DNA of 32,000 nt from assembly GCA_964589775.1 (NCBI GenBank), contig CAZPUN010000059.1, forward strand, positions 25,474-57,473, read 5' to 3'. The number at the start of each line of letters is the position of its first letter. The first letter of the stretch is position 1. Below the pieces are notes generated by a model. It had not been told where the DNA came from. It made no database searches and saw only the letters and a list, made by a program, of their open reading frames with translations. The position numbers were made by a program, and so were the translations under genes. The stretch is from an uncultured archaeon. GTDB lineage: Archaea; Asgardarchaeota; Thorarchaeia; Thorarchaeales; CAZPUN01. Shown one piece after another: positions 28,542-32,000 of the stretch.

Positions 28542-29666
28542 GTGAAAAAAGTGCAAATTATTGCATTAAGTTTAGTTATGATATTTATATTCAGTGCAGT
28601 TTCACCAATACAAGCATCAGCAGATCCCAACATTCCAGAAAAATCAATCCAACTTACAACAGATCCCCACACAGGTACAATTATTGTAAAAACAAATCTT
28701 CTAACCGTTAAACTAAATCCGACCTTTCCAGCATTTACATACTTTTATACATCTGAAGATGGACAAGGAATTCTGTATTATTCAGGATACAGTCAATTAA
28801 TTGAATTCAATGATCAAAATGGGGACCTTGCATTTCAAAGAAATGAAACTGTAAAATTGATATCTTTACCAATATTTCGCTGGTCAATTACAACAAATCA
28901 AATCACATACAGTAATGGAACATTGAAAGAGATTAGAGTGACTTATACAAAAGTAGGACTCAATAGAGAAATGATCATGAAACATCCAAATATTCCAATG
29001 AATTATTCATTAGACGCGCTCAATAACTTTACAATGCAATTTGTAGCACACATATATACATACAATTTCGTAGGAACCATTCAAACGGACAACGAATCTG
29101 TAAAATATACAGTGACTCCAAATTCTGAAATGAAAGTAGACATAATTATGGGTAACTTTCCGTTCGTAAACGATACAGACCTTATTACACTTAGAGTTGA
29201 TCTAAGAACAGTCACAACAAAAGAACTACGAATTATGCACAGAATAAGAACAATGAATCGTACTGAGCTCGTAAATGTATCGGAGAATTGGTATAAAACA
29301 GGAAAAATGGAACGATTGATTAATAGATTAAGAAATCAAACACTATCTGAAATCGATCTCAGCAACGAAACGCGAACTGGCTTTTACAAATGGCTTAATA
29401 CAGCAACTATAACATATCCGGGAGAGTCTGAAAAACTAGTCAACGTATCGGCCACTTATGCTCCTGACGGCATAGGCATTAGATTATTCCTAACATACCC
29501 CAATTTTGATAGTGGTATACTAGTCCATGATCCCTCCATTGGACTGAGTGAAATATCTGCGACCGAGCCAAATGATATATTATCTCCATCCATGCAAACC
29601 GTAGTATTTGGAATCGCTATAATTACTGTGATTGCTATGGCAGTCATAGTAAAAAAGCGATCATAA
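28542..29666 (+). CDS. cell-surface glycoprotein: signal peptide, beta-rich ectodomain, C-terminal TM anchor
   Basis: MKK plus hydrophobic signal, 11 N-X-S/T sequons counted, a DQNGD loop, a VHDPSIG motif, and a TM followed by KKRS. GGTGA SD. Confidence 0.85.
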   Translation: MKKVQIIALSLVMIFIFSAVSPIQASADPNIPEKSIQLTTDPHTGTIIVKTNLLTVKLNPTFPAFTYFYTSEDGQGILYYSGYSQLIEFNDQNGDLAFQRNETVKLISLPIFRWSITTNQITYSNGTLKEIRVTYTKVGLNREMIMKHPNIPMNYSLDALNNFTMQFVAHIYTYNFVGTIQTDNESVKYTVTPNSEMKVDIIMGNFPFVNDTDLITLRVDLRTVTTKELRIMHRIRTMNRTELVNVSENWYKTGKMERLINRLRNQTLSEIDLSNETRTGFYKWLNTATITYPGESEKLVNVSATYAPDGIGIRLFLTYPNFDSGILVHDPSIGLSEISATEPNDILSPSMQTVVFGIAIITVIAMAVIVKKRS

Positions 29667-29667
29667 T

Positions 29668-29708
29668 GAGATAGAAGGCAAATGCCTTCGTCTCCTATTT
29701 TTTATTTT
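29668..29708. terminator. stem-loop with T-tract between convergent genes
   Basis: gaga-ta-gaaggca-aa-tgccttc-g-tctc followed by ctattttttatttt. Confidence 0.7.
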
Positions 29709-29711
29709 ATA

Positions 29712-30446
29712 TCACTTTCCAATAGATATTGAACCATTAACAGCGTTTACTTTGGCTTTTACTTTTTTACTTCCTGAAGAAAGCGTGAAGTAGTAGAAGG
29801 GAACAATCAAACGTAAAACAGATTTAGCAGTAAGATTTAGTTCAACAATTCGCTTTGCACCCTTTGGTTTGTCAGATAAAATCTTGCCGAGATATTCATC
29901 TACTTTATCGGGTTTAATTTTCATAACAATTGGATTATCATCGAGCCATGAGTCCGGTTTAGAGCTCTTGCGACCTTGTTCAATGAAATTGGGAATTATT
30001 CCAAGTATTTGCCCATGCGTTCCATCTATTAGAGCATCAATATCCTTCTCAATCGATATGAGTTCTATGGCAGGGATCTTTACAACTGTAACTGTTTCAG
30101 TAGAATCTGCACTAATTTTTGTCTTAGTGGGTTTAAAAATCTCATCACCAATCAGTAAAGCGTCAACTTGAGACGAAACACCATTCTCAAACACCTTTTT
30201 AACGAGGTATTTTTGTGTAAAATCGCCGGTCACTCTGTAATAAATATTATATTTCAATTTAGGCTTAGAAATCTTTATATCAGAACCAGAAATAAGGTCG
30301 TTCTTTTCTTCTTCAATTATGCTTGCAGCGTCCTCCTCTTTTACAACAATTTTATACACGTAATTTTTTACTTTTGATGCTTTAAATGTGAATTTAGCAT
30401 CTTTCCCCTTTATATTAAAAATAGATTTCGAAATTCCTTTAACCAC
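29712..30446 (-). CDS. hypothetical lysine-rich soluble protein
   Basis: 244-aa ORF with a strong GGAGGAGAGG SD before GTG. No family recognised. Confidence 0.8.
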   Translation of the reverse strand: MVKGISKSIFNIKGKDAKFTFKASKVKNYVYKIVVKEEDAASIIEEEKNDLISGSDIKISKPKLKYNIYYRVTGDFTQKYLVKKVFENGVSSQVDALLIGDEIFKPTKTKISADSTETVTVVKIPAIELISIEKDIDALIDGTHGQILGIIPNFIEQGRKSSKPDSWLDDNPIVMKIKPDKVDEYLGKILSDKPKGAKRIVELNLTAKSVLRLIVPFYYFTLSSGSKKVKAKVNAVNGSISIGK

Positions 30447-30492
30447 GTAACCTCTCCTCCGCTTAAATTTATTTAATAATAAAAGGCAACTG

Positions 30493-30538
30493 CCAGAAAT
30501 AAAGATATCTGGAGGCTGGAATAAAAATTTACCAGCCT
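30493..30538. terminator. tandem hairpins downstream of alba
   Basis: ccaga(30493-97)/tctgg(30508-12) and aggctgg(30513-19)/ccagcct(30532-38). A T-tract follows on the minus strand. Confidence 0.55.
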
Positions 30539-30545
30539 TTCCCCT

Positions 30546-30830
30546 TTACTCACCAATTGTCAGTGTTATTTCGATCGCGGATTTCTTGGTCTTACCGCCT
30601 TCGGAGCGGTCGATAGATTCTGTTGTGATTTTGATGTCACTAACTACCGCGTTCTTAATAAATTCGCGACGCAGTATTTCTGCACAGTCTACGGCTCTAA
30701 CAATAGATCTACCGCGACCTTTAATAACAATCTTCTTTGCTCCTTTTTGGATTTGAGTCATACAAGCTCGTACATAGTTCATAACTGGTTTCTTTCCAAT
30801 GTAAACGGTGTTATCCGTGTTTTCAGACAT
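30546..30830 (-). CDS. albA: DNA/RNA-binding chromatin protein Alba
   Basis: VYIGKKPVMNYV, IKGRGRSIVRAVDCAEI.R and SAIEITL. Confidence 0.97.
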   Translation of the reverse strand: MSENTDNTVYIGKKPVMNYVRACMTQIQKGAKKIVIKGRGRSIVRAVDCAEILRREFIKNAVVSDIKITTESIDRSEGGKTKKSAIEITLTIGE

Positions 30831-30989
30831 CAGGGTTGTCCTCCTGCTGTTTAAGGCTGTATTTTATTTGGCAATGCCAACACAAAAAACACCACAACGT
30901 TAACTTAAATAATTTGCGATAAAAAGATATGCATTTTATATTAAATTAGGAATCAAAAACAAAAAAAGTAATAGAAATGCGCCATTTAA

Positions 30990-31775
30990 TCAAAGAATAC
31001 CACCAAAATATGCGGCCATAAGAATCAGTGCATATAAAATAAGCAACGATGCATTAGAATAAAGCCATGATTTAGCTTGACGCTTTGTAAGATTTTTACC
31101 AAATCCCTTTATTCCAGTGGGAGCCTCATCAAATGGCGATATGACACGCCAAATCAGATCAAAAATATTCTTGTTTGATGGGTAAATATCCAACATTAAA
31201 TGTGAGGCATATCCGATAAGGAACATAGCCATCAAGAAGTATTGAACATCTGTAGTTACTAATGGAAGACCCGCTAGAAAATGTGAGACAATGTCGTAAA
31301 TCCCGCCTGCAGTGAAGATTAAAGGCACAATAGCTGAATGAAATAGGATATTCCTATGTGCGCCCACGCCCATTAAGATAATATCCCAATCAGGAACAAG
31401 ACCTCCGATAATTGTAATAAGAGCACCAAGTGGTATGTTTATATTCCCAATTATAGGAATATGATAATAATAAGACATAATCAAAATTGTTGCAAGAATT
31501 CCGAATGAGAATGAAACTAGGAATAAGGCGCCAATTGTGGCTTTGTGACTACTAAATGATTCATCAGGTCTTTCTTTATGTACATTTGCACGAGAATAGA
31601 AAATAGGAACCAAAATAAATGATACCGCAAATCCACCAATAGTGATATTTAACAACATATCATAAAAATGTGTATCACCACTTAAATACATACTATAGAA
31701 GAAAATGCCAACGAATATCGTGGTATATATCCAAAACGCAAATATCAAGTGATTTAAGCGATTCATTTTTATCAC
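30990..31775 (-). CDS. membrane-bound metal-dependent hydrolase (YdjM-like)
   Basis: N-terminal His (LNHL), PDWD, HRNILFHS and GYASHLMLD, with multiple TM segments. Confidence 0.75.
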   Translation of the reverse strand: MIKMNRLNHLIFAFWIYTTIFVGIFFYSMYLSGDTHFYDMLLNITIGGFAVSFILVPIFYSRANVHKERPDESFSSHKATIGALFLVSFSFGILATILIMSYYYHIPIIGNINIPLGALITIIGGLVPDWDIILMGVGAHRNILFHSAIVPLIFTAGGIYDIVSHFLAGLPLVTTDVQYFLMAMFLIGYASHLMLDIYPSNKNIFDLIWRVISPFDEAPTGIKGFGKNLTKRQAKSWLYSNASLLILYALILMAAYFGGIL

Positions 31776-31810
31776 AATAATACAATATCAAAAGGCGCTT
31801 ATATAAACAC

Positions 31811-31999
31811 CTATCTTATCAACTCAATTATCTTTTGAATTTTTTCAGAAAGTTCCATTAACCGATACATTACACTTTTGTGAGAACGATGCTGAGATAA
31901 CTTTTCAATAAGAACTTCAATATCGGCATACGCAATATCTTTGATCCATAAAAGTCCGATAGAATTCCAAAAATAATTCTCGGATATCTTACCAGATTC
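31811..31999 (-). CDS. 3' end of a gene entering from the right edge (...ESGKISENYFWNSIG...KIIELIR*)
   Basis: Open minus-strand frame from the window end to TAG at 31811-31813. Confidence 0.65.
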   Translation of the reverse strand, partial: ESGKISENYFWNSIGLLWIKDIAYADIEVLIEKLSQHRSHKSVMYRLMELSEKIQKIIELIR

Positions 32000-32000
32000 A

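Noticed and set aside
96-30377. Numerous short antisense or off-frame ORFs in the track (e.g. 4322-4807, 15474-16022, 17242-17802, 29869-30171)
   Set aside because: They lie inside well-supported genes, show no motifs and look like shadow ORFs.
1-32000. tRNA, rRNA, CRISPR arrays, transposases, integrases, prophage
   Set aside because: I saw no GC-rich cloverleaf, no regularly spaced repeats and no mobile-element protein motifs.

Overview
AT-rich, gene-dense archaeal chromosomal DNA. The archaeal call rests on a histone, Alba, an Orc1/Cdc6-like protein, an RFC-like protein, DUF2240, a CxxC-type ThiI and GGTGA/GGAGG Shine-Dalgarno sites. An Asgard-type lineage is plausible but cannot be proven from this window. 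I found no tRNA, rRNA, CRISPR array or mobile element. The most striking feature is a TFIIH-core-like pair: a long XPB helicase carrying the N-terminal XPB/Ssl2 domain (133-1830) and, 2.5 kb away, a p52/Tfb2-like partner (4359-6071). The partner's C-terminal region is visibly paralogous to the XPB N-terminus, and it is transcribed divergently from an ATPase-degenerate RFC small subunit that keeps its SRC arginine finger. Also present: an ATPase-degenerate Orc1/Cdc6 paralog; two small basic ORFs (one missed by the ORF track); a histone with a basic N-terminal extension and a substituted tetramer-interface His; two convergent operons for polyol-phosphate or glycerol-ether metabolism (a GlpA-like trio facing FGGY kinase / alkyl-DHAP-synthase-like / CCG Fe-S genes); several surface and membrane proteins; and repeated stem-loop terminator-like elements. 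All family calls come from motif reading and recalled sequences, not database searches.
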